64,000 nucleotides of DNA from an uncultured Thermoleophilia bacterium (GCA_963700035.1 CAVOWE010000018.1:170378-234377), one strand, 5' to 3'. Shown: positions 19,514-29,578, numbered from the stretch's first letter. Numbers and translations: made by a program. The notes: generated by a model not told the origin, from the sequence alone.

Positions 19514-21003
19514 GTGAGCGGCGCGAGACCATCGCGCCTGGATCTGGGGGTGGTGCGAATGAGACCGCGATTTCGCAGCGCAAGCACGGACACGTCCTAC
19601 GATCGCCGCCGGGGATGGCGCTCCGTCGGCCGCGGTGCCGTGGCCACACTCCTCCTCGTCGGCATTCTGCTGGTCACGGTCTTCGCCGCGCAGGCCGCCT
19701 CGGCGGCCGCGCCGAAGATGGCGAAGCTCACGGCGTCCGGGCCTTTGGAGAAGCCTGACGGCGGCGTGCCGGTACAACGCGGGACGAGCCAGTCCGAGAG
19801 TCTGCCGCCGGTCGTGCCCGGCGTTACCGCGAGCCCGTCAGGAGGGCCCGGCGTTGGCGCTGCCGGCACGATCTTCTACGACGGGTTCGAGGGGAGCATC
19901 GCGTCCTGGACCACAGCGGGTGGTAACGATCCGACGTGGGCGTGGTTCACGTATCGGCCCTACGCGGGGTCGTGGTCGGCCTATTGCGCGGGGTGGACCG
20001 GGAGCGGGTTCAACTCTCCGCCCACTACCTACTACAACAACATGAACGCCTGGCTCGAGGCGGGGCCGTTCAATCTCTCGGGCGTCACCTCGGCGACCCT
20101 CGCCTTCAAGCTCTGGCTCAACAGCGAGATGAACTACGACTGGCTGTACTGCATGGTCTCGGTCGACGGCCAGCACTACTATGGACCGGGCGACTCGGGC
20201 AACAGCCAGGGCTGGGTCGATCGAAGCCTCGATCTCACGAACGTCCCGACCCTCGGCAACGTCTGCGGCCGCAGCCAGGTGTGGATCGCCTTCATCTTCA
20301 CCAGCGACGCGTCAGGTACCGCCGAAGGCGCCTACGTTGACGAGGTGAGCATCACCGGCAGCGGTGGGGCGGCGGCGAGGTGGGGCTGTCTTGGATGGCG
20401 ATCGCTCGATAGTGCCTTTCGCGGGAAGGGTGGATCTCACGGGAGTACTCCTGGACGACACCTCCGGGTCCCTGCTGCCCAACCGGCAAGTGGGGTTGTT
20501 CTGGTCCCAGGAAGACAAGATCGACGGGACTTGGAATCTGTTTGAACACGTTCACTTCGTCGACGGGCCAGTACTCCATGACGGCCACCAACGTCCAGCG
20601 GCTCACCTATTTTGCCATGGTCTTCGCCGGTGACGGCCAGTACTCGGAGGGCATGGAGCAACCTGGTCAAGGTGATGGCACGCGCCAAGCTCACGCCTCC
20701 GGCCGTTCCGTCTCGCGTCCCCGCCTACCTCAAGATCACGAGCTGGGGCACGCTCAAGCCGCTGCACACGGCCGCGCAGAACAGGTCCAGCCACACCAAG
20801 CTCTCCGTCGAGCACTACTGCGGCGGCAGGTGGCGGCTGCAGTACGAATCGTTGTACGCCAGTCGTACCGCAACACTCCTCCGCGACCGATGTACAGCGT
20901 GGGCCTGCGCTACGCACCCGGCAAGTGGCGGATCCGCGCGGTGCACCGGGACAGCGACCACGCCACGACGACCTCGTCCTGGAGGAACTTCACGGCGAAC
21001 TGA
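19514..21003 (+). CDS. Secreted protein with a MAM/galactose-binding-like domain; reading frame switches several times (20350-20850)
   Basis: Signal peptide LLLVGILLVTVFAAQAASAAA, then GTIFYDGFEGSIASWTTAGGNDPTWAWFTYRPYAGSWSAYCAGW...YNNMNAWLEAGPFNLSGVTSATLAFKLWLNSEMNYDWLYCMVSVDG. Protein-like continuation in the frames of track ORFs 20364.., 20542.. and 20612.., ending ...WRNFTAN. Confidence 0.5.
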
Positions 21004-21079
21004 CGCCGAGCGGCGGGATGTGCGAGGGCCGTAGAATCGGGAACGACCGCGCGCCGGCACGCGACCGCCGGCAGACGAC

Positions 21080-21487
21080 ATGGAGATAAGGCCCCGCGGC
21101 GCCCTGCTCGACGAAATGGGTCTGTTCGCAGGGGCGGCCTGGACCACGGCGCTGCTGGCGCTCGGGCTGCTCGTGGTGAACCAGGTCGCGAACGTCGGCT
21201 GCTACACGCTCTTCGCGCTCTCGGGGCGCGCCGACCGCTGGCGGACGTTCATCATCCTGCAGATCCTGGGCGGGTTCTTCGGCCTGCTCACGCAACTGAC
21301 CTTCGCCGGCCTGGTGCGCTACGCGTCGCTGCCCTTCGCCAATGCCACCGGCATCGGCCTGGCGTTCGTCTCGGCGCAGGTGTTCAGCGCCGCCCTGATC
21401 CTGCGTGAGCCGTTCACCCTGCTGCAGTGGCTGGGCACGGCGTTCGTCTTCGCGGGCGTGCTGCTCATCGCGGCCGGGCAGCAGTGA
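21080..21487 (+). CDS. Small four-TM membrane protein (EamA/SMR-like small transporter family)
   Basis: 135 aa, four hydrophobic helices, LQWLGTAFVFAGVLLIAAGQQ C-terminus. Confidence 0.55.
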   Translation: MEIRPRGALLDEMGLFAGAAWTTALLALGLLVVNQVANVGCYTLFALSGRADRWRTFIILQILGGFFGLLTQLTFAGLVRYASLPFANATGIGLAFVSAQVFSAALILREPFTLLQWLGTAFVFAGVLLIAAGQQ

Positions 21488-21574
21488 TGCTCAGCCTCGC
21501 TGCAGGCGGCTGGTGCGCGACCCTGTGAGGCTGCCGCGCGAGACGGTAGGGTAGAATCCCCGTAGTTCACTTCG

Positions 21575-21661
21575 TGCCGAAGTGGCGGAACCGGTAGACG
21601 CGCTGGACTCAAAACCCGGTGCCCGAGAGGGCGTGTGGGTTCAAATCCCACCTTCGGCACC
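21575..21661 (+). tRNA. tRNA-Leu (anticodon CAA), type II with long variable arm, CCA encoded
   Basis: GCCGAAGTGGCGGAACCGGTAGACGCGCTGGACTCAAAACCCGGTGCCCGAGAGGGCGTGTGGGTTCAAATCCCACCTTCGGCACCA. The acceptor stem GCCGAAG/CTTCGGC, the D-loop GAACCGGTAG and the anticodon loop CTCAAAA are near-identical in layout to E. coli tRNA-Leu(CAA). Confidence 0.85.
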
Positions 21662-21831
21662 ATCTCTCGCCGCGCCTCCGGATGCCGCCCTCGTGGGCAG
21701 GCACGACGCGGTCGCACCGCGCAGAGAAACCGCCGGCCCGGCATCTGGTACCATTACTGTCCTGAACACGACTGCGTGCGCGGTGGTCTGCCCGTCGTCC
21801 GGGCAGCCGCACGCGGGGAGGAGCTTGGCGC

Positions 21832-22515
21832 ATGACGGTGCGGCTCTTGGGACTCAACTGCAGCCCGCGCGACAAAAGCAACAGCAGCATCATGCTCGAA
21901 ACGTCCTTCGAGAAGCTCGACGCCACCTACCCCGGCGAGGCCGAGCACGAGATCGTCCACCTGCGCGACCTCCACCTCGAGCCCTGCAAGGCCTGCAACG
22001 TGTGCGGAAAGACGAAGGACGGCAGGTTCATCCCCTGCGTGCGCGTCGACGAGGACGACGTGCAGATGGTCCTCGACAAGATGGTGGCCGCCGACGGCCT
22101 CCTCGTGGCGACGCCCGTCTACTTCGGGCTGCCCACCGACCTCTTCTCCAAGTTCATCATGCGCACGCGGCCGCTGCGCCATCAGGACTTCAAGCTGGCC
22201 AACCGGCCGGTGGGCGTGATGGCCACGGCCGGCCGTCGTTCCGGCGGCGCCGAGACGGCCATCATCGCCACCTGGCTGCCGTTCGTGCGCAACGGCTGCC
22301 TCGTGGTCGGCAACGGCGACGGTACCTGTCAGTTCGGCGCCTACGGCTGGGCCGGCGCGCGCGGGCACATCCTCAGCGACGAGTGGGGTCTGGAGCAGGC
22401 CTGCCAGACCACCGAGCGCGTGTTCACGCTGGCCAAGGTGTTCAAGGCGGGCGTCGCGGCCACGGGCTTCGAGAACCCGATGAAGTTCTCGTACGGCGCG
22501 GGGACGCGGCCCTGA
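21832..22515 (+). CDS. NADPH-dependent FMN reductase / iron-sulfur flavoprotein-like (flavodoxin fold)
   Basis: MTVRLLGLNCSPRDKSNSS...LLVATPVYFGLPTDLFSKFIMRT...GVMATAGRRSGGAETA. Confidence 0.75.
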   Translation: MTVRLLGLNCSPRDKSNSSIMLETSFEKLDATYPGEAEHEIVHLRDLHLEPCKACNVCGKTKDGRFIPCVRVDEDDVQMVLDKMVAADGLLVATPVYFGLPTDLFSKFIMRTRPLRHQDFKLANRPVGVMATAGRRSGGAETAIIATWLPFVRNGCLVVGNGDGTCQFGAYGWAGARGHILSDEWGLEQACQTTERVFTLAKVFKAGVAATGFENPMKFSYGAGTRP

Positions 22516-22559
22516 GCGATGGCGACGGCCCGCCGCCCCAACGAAGTGAAGGACGCAGC

Positions 22560-22808
22560 ATGACCGACGCCGAGACCATCCTCGAGTTCATCCGCGACGA
22601 GGCCGACCTCGAAGAGGACGAGGTGAGCGCGGACACGTCGCTGTTCCGCGACCAGCTGCTCGACTCCATGAACCTGACGGCGCTCATCGCCTTTCTCGAG
22701 GAGACCTTCACCATCAAGGTGAAGCCCATGGACATCGTGTTCGAGAATCTCGACACGGTGAACCACATGCTGGCTTACGTGGCGCGCAAGAGGGCGGGCG
22801 ATGCCTGA
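22560..22808 (+). CDS. Acyl/peptidyl carrier protein (DltC-like)
   Basis: 83 aa; MTDAETILEFIRDEADLEEDEVSADTSLFRDQLLDSMNLTALIAFLEE with the phosphopantetheine-site DSM motif. Good SD GAAGGA upstream of the ATG at 22560. Confidence 0.8.
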   Translation: MTDAETILEFIRDEADLEEDEVSADTSLFRDQLLDSMNLTALIAFLEETFTIKVKPMDIVFENLDTVNHMLAYVARKRAGDA

Positions 22809-23022
22809 GGCCGGCTCCGGGCAGACCGACTCACGCGACGCCGTCCCGCCGCAGGACGCCGGCGAGCGGCCGCGACACGGTGGCTCTTCTACGGGCTCGG
22901 CCTGAGCCTGCAGACGCTGCTCTGGTTCCTCCTCTTCCTGGCGATCACCGTCGCCGTGCTGGTCGGGGGCCAGCTCACCGAGTTCCGCTACGTCGGCTTC
23001 TGACGGCAGCCGCCGGCTTCGC

Positions 23023-24594
23023 ATGACACCTCTCGACCTCATGACCGACGCCGTGGCGCGCCTGCGGCTGCTCGCCGGCGAGCAGCCGCAGGCGCTGCTG
23101 CTGCGCACGCGGGAGCGCTCGTATACATATGCCGCCGTACTGCGTCGCGCCGCGGCGGTCGCCGCCGCCCTGCAGGCGGCCGGCGGCGGCCGTGGCCGGC
23201 GCGTCGCCCTGTATCTGGAGGAGTACGACCAGTTCTTCGTCTGCATGCTGGGCGCCTGGCTGGCCGGCGCCGTCATCGTGCCGCTCAACACCAGCTTGCC
23301 GGCCGCCGACGCACGCTGGCTGATCGACAAGGCGGCGCCGGACGTGCTGGTGCTGCCCGCCGCCGACACGTGTCCCGCCGATGGCCCGCGCCGCCTTGTG
23401 GTGACCGCCGATGCGGAGGGTCTGGTGAGCGGTCTGATGGACGCCGCGGAGACCGCGGACGCCGGCGGCGTAGCCGGCCCGGCGGGTCCGCCGGTAGCCA
23501 CGGCCGAGGTCGACCCCGGCGCCTTCGAGCCGGTGCACGAAGACGAACCGGCGATGATCATGTTCACCTCGGGCACCACCGGCCTGCCCAAGGGCGTCTG
23601 CCAGACGCTGCGCGCCGTCTCGAGCAACGCCGGCCACGTGGCGCTCACCCTGGGCCTTCAGGCCGACGACCGGATCTTCATCAACACGCCGCCGTACTTC
23701 ACCAGCGGCATCTGCCACTTCCTGACGCTGCTGGCGAACGGCGGCGGCGTGGCCGGCCAATTGGGCTTCTTCTTCGGGGCCGGCCTCCTCGACGAGATGG
23801 AGGCGCAAGGCTGCACGGGCTTCGGTGGCGCCCCGGCGCACCTCGTGCGCGTGGTCGAGCCGCTCGACGAGCCGCGAGAGCACGCTCTTCGATTCTGGGT
23901 GAGCAGCGGGGACCATCTGCCGCTGCCGGTCATCACCAAGTTCCGCCGCGTGCTGCCCGGCGTCGGGTTGTTCAACATGTACGGCCTCACCGAGGTGAGC
24001 GGCCGGCTCTGCATCCTGCCGCCGGCCGAGCTCGACGTGCGCCTCGGCTCCGTGGGCCGGCCCATCGGCGACATGCGCGTCGCGGCGCGCCGCGACGACG
24101 GCGCCGAGGCGGCGGCCGGCGAGACCGGGGAACTCTACGTCACCGGCTCCCTGCTCATGCAGGGGTATCTGGACGAGCCCGAGACCACCGCCCGGACGCT
24201 CACCGCGCACGGTCTGCGCACGGGGGACTTCGGTCGCGTCGATGCCGAGGGCTTCGTCTGGATCGAGGGCCGCAAGGACGACATCATCAAACGCGGCGGC
24301 GAGAAGGTGAGCATCATCCACGTGCAGCAGGCACTGCAGGGGCTGGGCCGCTTCGCCGACGTGGCGGTGCTGGCGGCCCCCGACGACATCCTCGGGCACG
24401 TGCCGGTGGCCTTCGTGGTGCCGCACGATGCGGAGGGCTTCAAAGCCTCGCGGCTCTTGCGCGAGCTCCGTGGCGTGCTGCCGTCCGCCTCGCTGCCCAG
24501 TCGCGTCCTCGCTGTGGACGTCATCCCGCGCACCGGCTCGGGCAAGGCCATCCGCGCCGAGCTGCAGGCCCTGCTCGCAGAGGAGCTCGGGTGA
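23023..24594 (+). CDS. AMP-dependent synthetase/ligase (acyl/aminoacyl adenylating enzyme, DltA/FAAL-like)
   Basis: MIMFTSGTTGLPKGV, YGLTEVSG, GDFGRVDAEGFVWIEGRKDDIIKRGGEKV. Confidence 0.85.
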   Translation: MTPLDLMTDAVARLRLLAGEQPQALLLRTRERSYTYAAVLRRAAAVAAALQAAGGGRGRRVALYLEEYDQFFVCMLGAWLAGAVIVPLNTSLPAADARWLIDKAAPDVLVLPAADTCPADGPRRLVVTADAEGLVSGLMDAAETADAGGVAGPAGPPVATAEVDPGAFEPVHEDEPAMIMFTSGTTGLPKGVCQTLRAVSSNAGHVALTLGLQADDRIFINTPPYFTSGICHFLTLLANGGGVAGQLGFFFGAGLLDEMEAQGCTGFGGAPAHLVRVVEPLDEPREHALRFWVSSGDHLPLPVITKFRRVLPGVGLFNMYGLTEVSGRLCILPPAELDVRLGSVGRPIGDMRVAARRDDGAEAAAGETGELYVTGSLLMQGYLDEPETTARTLTAHGLRTGDFGRVDAEGFVWIEGRKDDIIKRGGEKVSIIHVQQALQGLGRFADVAVLAAPDDILGHVPVAFVVPHDAEGFKASRLLRELRGVLPSASLPSRVLAVDVIPRTGSGKAIRAELQALLAEELG

Positions 24595-24652
24595 AGGGCT
24601 TTGAGGCCGGCTTCGCAACCGGAACCCGCTGGTACTGGTCGCCGCCGCCGCG

Positions 24653-25663
24653 TTGCTGGCGCTGGTCCTCGTAGCAACGGAGAGCTTCTTCACCACCGGC
24701 GCCTGGTCACGCGTGCCTCTCAAGTTCTGGATGCGCAAGGCGAGCGACGACTACACGTACGTGTCGTGGACGGTGGGGACGAACATGCAGCATCCCCCGA
24801 AGACGCCCGCCGTCTACCTCCTCGGAGGCTCCACGGCGCGAGAGGCCATCACCAGCGGCGACTCGCTGGCCGCCGAGATCGAGGAGCTCGGCGGCCCCAA
24901 GGTGGCCGCCTGGGACCTGGCCTCGATGAACCAGAATTTCGCCCAGAGCCTGGCCATCGCCGACAACGTGCCCAACAGCCCGGCATGGATCCTCATCGGC
25001 CTGAACATGGGCCGCTTCACGCCCGATCGCGGCGCCAGCATGAAGCAGGTCGTCGGTCGCGAGCTCCTGCTCAAGAGCGCTTTTCTGCAGCAGTATGTGG
25101 CCCGGGAGTACGGCAAGTACGAACACAGCCGCACGATCCTGCCGGGCATCTTCTCCTACATGGTGAGCTGGGCGCGCGAACATCGCGTTGAGCTGCAGAA
25201 AGGCTCCCTCCGGACGCGGGAGTACGGCCAGCATCGCTACAACCTCAAGCACATCCACACCGTGGCGCAGAAGGAGGAGATGGTCGCCGTCTGGAACGAG
25301 CGGCGCTACCCCGCGTTCCGGCGCAATCTGGGGTTCAACCTCGACATGCTCGAGCAGCTCCTGATCCGCTGTCAGGAGCGTGGCCTGCACCCGGTCCTCG
25401 TGGAGCTGCCGAACAACCGCGACCTGATCGGGAAGCGCTTCGACTACGCCGAGGCTCAGTACCGGGCGCCGTCGCAGGCGTTGGCGGCCGAGTACGACGT
25501 GCCGTACCTCGACTTCAACCATGAGCTCGATCTGAAGAATGCCGACTTCCACGATCTCTCTCATCTGGTGGAGCCCGGCCGGGTCATCTGGCAGCGGCGG
25601 CTGGCTCAGGAGCTGGTGCGCCTGATGGGCGCCGACGGGAAAGGCGCGGGCACGCAGCCATGA
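24653..25663 (+). CDS. DltD/AlgX-like SGNH-fold protein (putative periplasmic O-acyl/alanyl transferase partner)
   Basis: Paralogous to 26939..28117 (shared YLLGGST/YLFGGSG, ADN[VL]P, NL..LE.LL..[CA].ERG, Y.VPYL, D..F.DL.HL..GR..WQ). The start is uncertain; it could begin at the GTG at 24591 overlapping the ligase stop if one indel is allowed. Confidence 0.55.
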   Translation: MLALVLVATESFFTTGAWSRVPLKFWMRKASDDYTYVSWTVGTNMQHPPKTPAVYLLGGSTAREAITSGDSLAAEIEELGGPKVAAWDLASMNQNFAQSLAIADNVPNSPAWILIGLNMGRFTPDRGASMKQVVGRELLLKSAFLQQYVAREYGKYEHSRTILPGIFSYMVSWAREHRVELQKGSLRTREYGQHRYNLKHIHTVAQKEEMVAVWNERRYPAFRRNLGFNLDMLEQLLIRCQERGLHPVLVELPNNRDLIGKRFDYAEAQYRAPSQALAAEYDVPYLDFNHELDLKNADFHDLSHLVEPGRVIWQRRLAQELVRLMGADGKGAGTQP

Positions 25664-26907
25664 GGATCTACTTCACGCTGTACCTGATTCCGGTGGTCAT
25701 CGCCGCGCTGCTGGTCTTCTGGCTGCTCTTGCGCAAGGAGCGCCTCAGGCTGATCTTCCTCGTCGTGCTCTCGGTGGCCGTCCTCGCCATCCTGCACCCG
25801 GCGTTCGCGGCCATCGCTGTGGGGCTCGTGGTCGTGACCCATCAGCTCGTCGACCTCAAGCGGCGCAAGAAGCTGAGCGGCGGCCGCGTCGTGCTCATCA
25901 TCGTCGCCATGGCCGTGATCACCCTCGGCGTCGGCAAGTACGGCCACCGCGGGGCGCTCGCGATCTGGGGCGAGGACGACTGGATCGTCTCGCATCTGCT
26001 GATGCCGCTGGGCATCAGCTACTTCGCGTTCCGCCTGCTGCAGTACGTCTTCGACTGCCTGCGCGGCGTGATCGAGGAGAACTCGCTGCTGCGGCTCGCC
26101 GCGTTCGTGATGTTCATCCCCACGTTCCCGGCGGGACCGCTCGAGACCTACCAGGGCTTCTACGAGAAGCGCAGCTACTCGTTCGACCGGCAGCTGTTCT
26201 ACAAGGGCCTGCGGCGCATCGCCGTGGGCTACTTCAAGAAGGTCTTCGTCGTCGACTTCGTGTTCGCCCTCTTCTTCACGAAGATCATCTCGACGGTCGG
26301 CAGCCCCGACTTCGAGGCCTCACAGCTCGGCCCCTGGTGGCCGCTCGCCTACTGCATCCTCGTCTTCGTGCGCGCCTACTTCGACCTGTCCGCCTACACC
26401 GACCTGGCCATCGGCTTCTCGGCGCTGTTCGGGTTCCGCATCATGGAGAACTTCCACCTGCCCTTCCTGGCGAAGAACCTCGGCGATTTCTGGCGCCGCT
26501 GGCACATCTCGCTGTCGACCTGGTGCCGCAACAACGTGTACTTCCCCGTGTTCGGCCTCACGCGCAAAGCCTGGCTCGGCTTGTACGCCAGCATGCTCAC
26601 CATGGGGTTGTGGCACTACGTCGACCTCAACTGGACCGCCTGGGGCCTGTACCACGGCACCGGGCTCGTGGTGGTCTCGCGCTGGGAGCGCTGGAAGAAG
26701 AAGCGCAGGAAGGCTCGCAAGAAGGCCGGCCTGCCGCCGGCGGCGCCCTACGAGAAGTACGTGCGCTGGCTCGGCTATCCGGCCACCTTCCTGTACGTGG
26801 CGCTGGGCTACGCGTTCGTCTCCACGCGTTCGCTGGAGCACGCGCTGACCATCATCTATCTCGCCTTCCGCCTGCCCCTGGCGTGGCTCACGGGCCATGT
26901 TCTGTGA
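25660..26907 (+). CDS. MBOAT-family membrane-bound O-acyltransferase (DltB/AlgI-like)
   Basis: Multi-TM protein with FWRRWHISLSTWCRNNVYFPV and LWHYVDLNWTAWGLYHG (MBOAT histidine motif). Confidence 0.85.
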   Translation: MRIYFTLYLIPVVIAALLVFWLLLRKERLRLIFLVVLSVAVLAILHPAFAAIAVGLVVVTHQLVDLKRRKKLSGGRVVLIIVAMAVITLGVGKYGHRGALAIWGEDDWIVSHLLMPLGISYFAFRLLQYVFDCLRGVIEENSLLRLAAFVMFIPTFPAGPLETYQGFYEKRSYSFDRQLFYKGLRRIAVGYFKKVFVVDFVFALFFTKIISTVGSPDFEASQLGPWWPLAYCILVFVRAYFDLSAYTDLAIGFSALFGFRIMENFHLPFLAKNLGDFWRRWHISLSTWCRNNVYFPVFGLTRKAWLGLYASMLTMGLWHYVDLNWTAWGLYHGTGLVVVSRWERWKKKRRKARKKAGLPPAAPYEKYVRWLGYPATFLYVALGYAFVSTRSLEHALTIIYLAFRLPLAWLTGHVL

Positions 26908-26938
26908 GAGCATGGGCGCGGCGGGGTAGGAGAGAGAC

Positions 26939-28117
26939 GTGCTGAGAAGATCGCCACAGCGCGGCACGCGGTGGAGCTCGTTGGGCCGCGGCTTTCGCCA
27001 GCGCAACCCACTGGTGCTGGTGGCGGCCGCTCTCCTCGCGGGGGGCGCGCTCCTCGTCTTCCAGAGCGCGCTCGTCAACGGCGGCCTCACGCTGATCTCG
27101 GAGGGCCGCCTTCTGCGCATCACCAACGACGACTACCTGCACGTCGCCTATCGCGTGGCGGAGCTCAAGAAGGAGCCGTCTCAGCAACGCACGATCTACC
27201 TCTTCGGCGGCTCGGGGACCATGGAGTGCTTCGTCGACCAGCAGTCGCTCGGCGCTGAGGTGTCTGCAGCGTCCGGCGAGGACGTGCGCGTCGTCAGCCT
27301 GGCCGCCCACCGGCAGAGCATGGCCATGTCGCTGGCGCTCGCCGACAACCTGCCGGACGGGCCCGCGCTTCTGGCCATCGGCCTCGCGCCCATCCGCATG
27401 ACGACCGACCCCAAGGACGACGCGCGTCTGCTCTCCGGCCGGCCGCTGCTCGTGCGCAGCGCGCGGCTCGAGTCTGCTGGCCGAGCGCTTCTACGGGCAG
27501 AGCCCGGCGGCTCTCGGGGTGATCCCGGGCTTCTTCGACTACCTCGGCTCGTACATGCAAGCGCGCGTGACGGAGAGGCCGGGCGCCCGGTCATCGGCGA
27601 GGCGCTGACCTACGCCGAGCACTACTATCCGCCGGGCGCCAAGGGGCACCTGCCCCTCGGCAAGCGGCGCAACGTGCTGCAGGTGCTCGAGAAGGACGTA
27701 AGGCTGTACCGCCTCTACTCGGCGTACAACCTCGCGATGCTCGAAGAGATTCTGAGACTGGCGCGCGAGCGTGGCTTCGCGGTGGCGCTGTACGACCAGC
27801 CGCTCAACGCCTCGGCGGCGGGGCCCGACTGGGCGGGCGTCGTGCCGGCCTACCGGGCGGCGTGTCGCCGACTCGCCCGCCAGTACGGCGTGGCCTACCT
27901 CCACATCGAGCGGGGCGTGGAGCTCGAGGACGCCGACTTCGCCGACCTGTTCCACCTTCTGGCGCCGGGGCGCGCCAAGTGGCAGCCTGAGATGGCGCGC
28001 CAGCTGGCCGCGGCGCTGCGGTCTCCGTCCGGGCCGGTGGCCCAGCGCTCCGGCGCGCAGTCGCCGGAGGCCCCACGGCTGTATCGCGGATTGACCTGCG
28101 CAGCCTGGTCAACGTGA
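26939..28117 (+). CDS. Second DltD/AlgX-like protein (paralog of 24653..25663); compensating double frameshift near 27470-27590
   Basis: Signal/TM LVLVAAALLAGGALLVF. In the alternative frame the segment SLLAERFYGQSPAALGVIPGFFDYLGSYMQARVTER aligns with the paralog segment YVAREYGKYEHSRTILPGIFSYMVSWAREHR, whereas the track frame reads low-complexity text. Confidence 0.55.
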   Translation: MLRRSPQRGTRWSSLGRGFRQRNPLVLVAAALLAGGALLVFQSALVNGGLTLISEGRLLRITNDDYLHVAYRVAELKKEPSQQRTIYLFGGSGTMECFVDQQSLGAEVSAASGEDVRVVSLAAHRQSMAMSLALADNLPDGPALLAIGLAPIRMTTDPKDDARLLSGRPLLVRSARLESAGRALLRAEPGGSRGDPGLLRLPRLVHASARDGEAGRPVIGEALTYAEHYYPPGAKGHLPLGKRRNVLQVLEKDVRLYRLYSAYNLAMLEEILRLARERGFAVALYDQPLNASAAGPDWAGVVPAYRAACRRLARQYGVAYLHIERGVELEDADFADLFHLLAPGRAKWQPEMARQLAAALRSPSGPVAQRSGAQSPEAPRLYRGLTCAAWST

Positions 28118-28192
28118 GGGCCTCCTCTCGATGAGCGAGGGGACCGCCTCGGACGACGGGGACCGGGCCCACCGCATGCCGGCGGGCTCCCG

Positions 28193-29122
28193 GTGGGCAG
28201 TGGCGAGGACGGCGTCACCAGGCGCCAGCTGCTGATCGGCGGCGGTGCGGCCGCCGCGCTCCTGGCTGTCGCCGGCCTCGTGGGCGGGCGCTCGTGGACC
28301 GCACGCAGCTACTGGTGGCGGCTGACCGGCGCCTACGGAGAGCCCGGCGCGTACCCGCCGCCGGGCGACGTCGTCTACCAGTACGCCTCCATGCCGTCGA
28401 GTCATGTGAGTGGCGGCGTGGAGTACGGCGTTGCCACGCCGGGGAAGATCGCGCGAATGAGGCAGGGTCCCGGTTGGAAGGCGCCCGTCTGCTACTGCCT
28501 GCCCGGCCGCGGGCGCGGGCCGCGCGAGGTGCTCCAGGGCGACCTGCGCCTCGGCGACTTCGCCGCGCAGGCGTTTGCGGAGCGCGGCGCACAGCCCTTC
28601 GTGCTGGTCGCGGTGCGCGGCGGCGACACCTACTGGCACCGGCGCGCCTCGGAGGAGGATGCCATGGCCATGCTCCTCGACGAGTTCATCCCCTACTGCC
28701 GCCGCGAGCTGCGGCTCGGCGGCCCGGCCGGCGAGGCGATCATGGGCTGGTCGATGGGCGGCTACGGCGCTCTGCTCGCCGCGGAGACGCGGCCGCAGGC
28801 CTTTCGCGGCGTGTGCGCCGTGAGCGCCGCGCTCTGGCGCTCCTACGACGACGGCGTGGGCGATGCCTTCGACAGTGCGGCCGACTATGCCGCCCACGAC
28901 GTCTACGCCGGCGCCGGCCGGCTTGGCGGTCTGCCGGTGCGGGTAGACTGCGGCCGACAGGACCCGTTCTACGAGGCCGACGTGGCCTTCGTGGAGGCTC
29001 TGCCGCAGAAGCCGCAGGGTGGCTTCGAGCCCGGCGGCCACAACGACGCATACTGGCGGCGCGTGGCGCCGCCGGAGATGGACTTCATCGCCGCGGCGCT
29101 TGCCGGCGCCCGCGCCGGCTGA
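28193..29122 (+). CDS. Secreted (Tat-like signal) esterase of the alpha/beta hydrolase 'putative esterase' family
   Basis: RRQLLIGGGAAAALLAVAG twin-arginine-like N-terminus; GWSMGGYGAL nucleophile elbow; GGHNDAYW. Confidence 0.7.
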   Translation: MGSGEDGVTRRQLLIGGGAAAALLAVAGLVGGRSWTARSYWWRLTGAYGEPGAYPPPGDVVYQYASMPSSHVSGGVEYGVATPGKIARMRQGPGWKAPVCYCLPGRGRGPREVLQGDLRLGDFAAQAFAERGAQPFVLVAVRGGDTYWHRRASEEDAMAMLLDEFIPYCRRELRLGGPAGEAIMGWSMGGYGALLAAETRPQAFRGVCAVSAALWRSYDDGVGDAFDSAADYAAHDVYAGAGRLGGLPVRVDCGRQDPFYEADVAFVEALPQKPQGGFEPGGHNDAYWRRVAPPEMDFIAAALAGARAG

Positions 29123-29137
29123 GCAGGAGGTCGCGTT

Positions 29138-29578
29138 ATGTCACGGACCGTCAAGACCTTTCTGTGGATCGTCGTGATCATGATCGTCGGGTTCGGCCTC
29201 ATCCAGCTTGTGCCCTACGGGCGCGACCACACGAACCCGCCGGTCACGAGCGAGCCGGCATGGGACAGCCCTCAGACGAAGGCTCTGGCGCAGAAGGCCT
29301 GTTTCGACTGTCACAGCAACGAAACGGTCTGGCCCTGGTACTCGAACATCGCTCCCGCCTCCTGGCTCATCTACCGCGATGTCGCCGAGGGACGTCAGAA
29401 CGTGAACTTCTCCGAGTGGCCGGCGACCGGCGGCGGGGGGCTCATGGCGGCGGCTGCTCAGAAGGTCGCCGAGGGCGAGATGCCGCCGCTGCAATACAAG
29501 CTCGCGCACAGCGGGGCGCGCCTCTCGGACGCCGAGAAGCAGCAGCTGATCGCCGGCTTCAAGGCGTCGGCCAAGTAG
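29138..29578 (+). CDS. Haem-binding-domain (Haem_bd) membrane-anchored protein
   Basis: N-terminal TM; CFDCHSNETVWPWYSNIAPASWLIYRDVAEGRQNVNFSEW...GEMPPLQYKLAHSGARLSDAEKQQL. Confidence 0.7.
   Translation: MSRTVKTFLWIVVIMIVGFGLIQLVPYGRDHTNPPVTSEPAWDSPQTKALAQKACFDCHSNETVWPWYSNIAPASWLIYRDVAEGRQNVNFSEWPATGGGGLMAAAAQKVAEGEMPPLQYKLAHSGARLSDAEKQQLIAGFKASAK

Noticed and set aside
21540-21565. A sigma70-like promoter (TAGAAT at 21552-21557) just upstream of tRNA-Leu
   Set aside because: The -10-like hexamer is plausible, but no convincing -35 element lies at the right spacing, so it is left uncalled.
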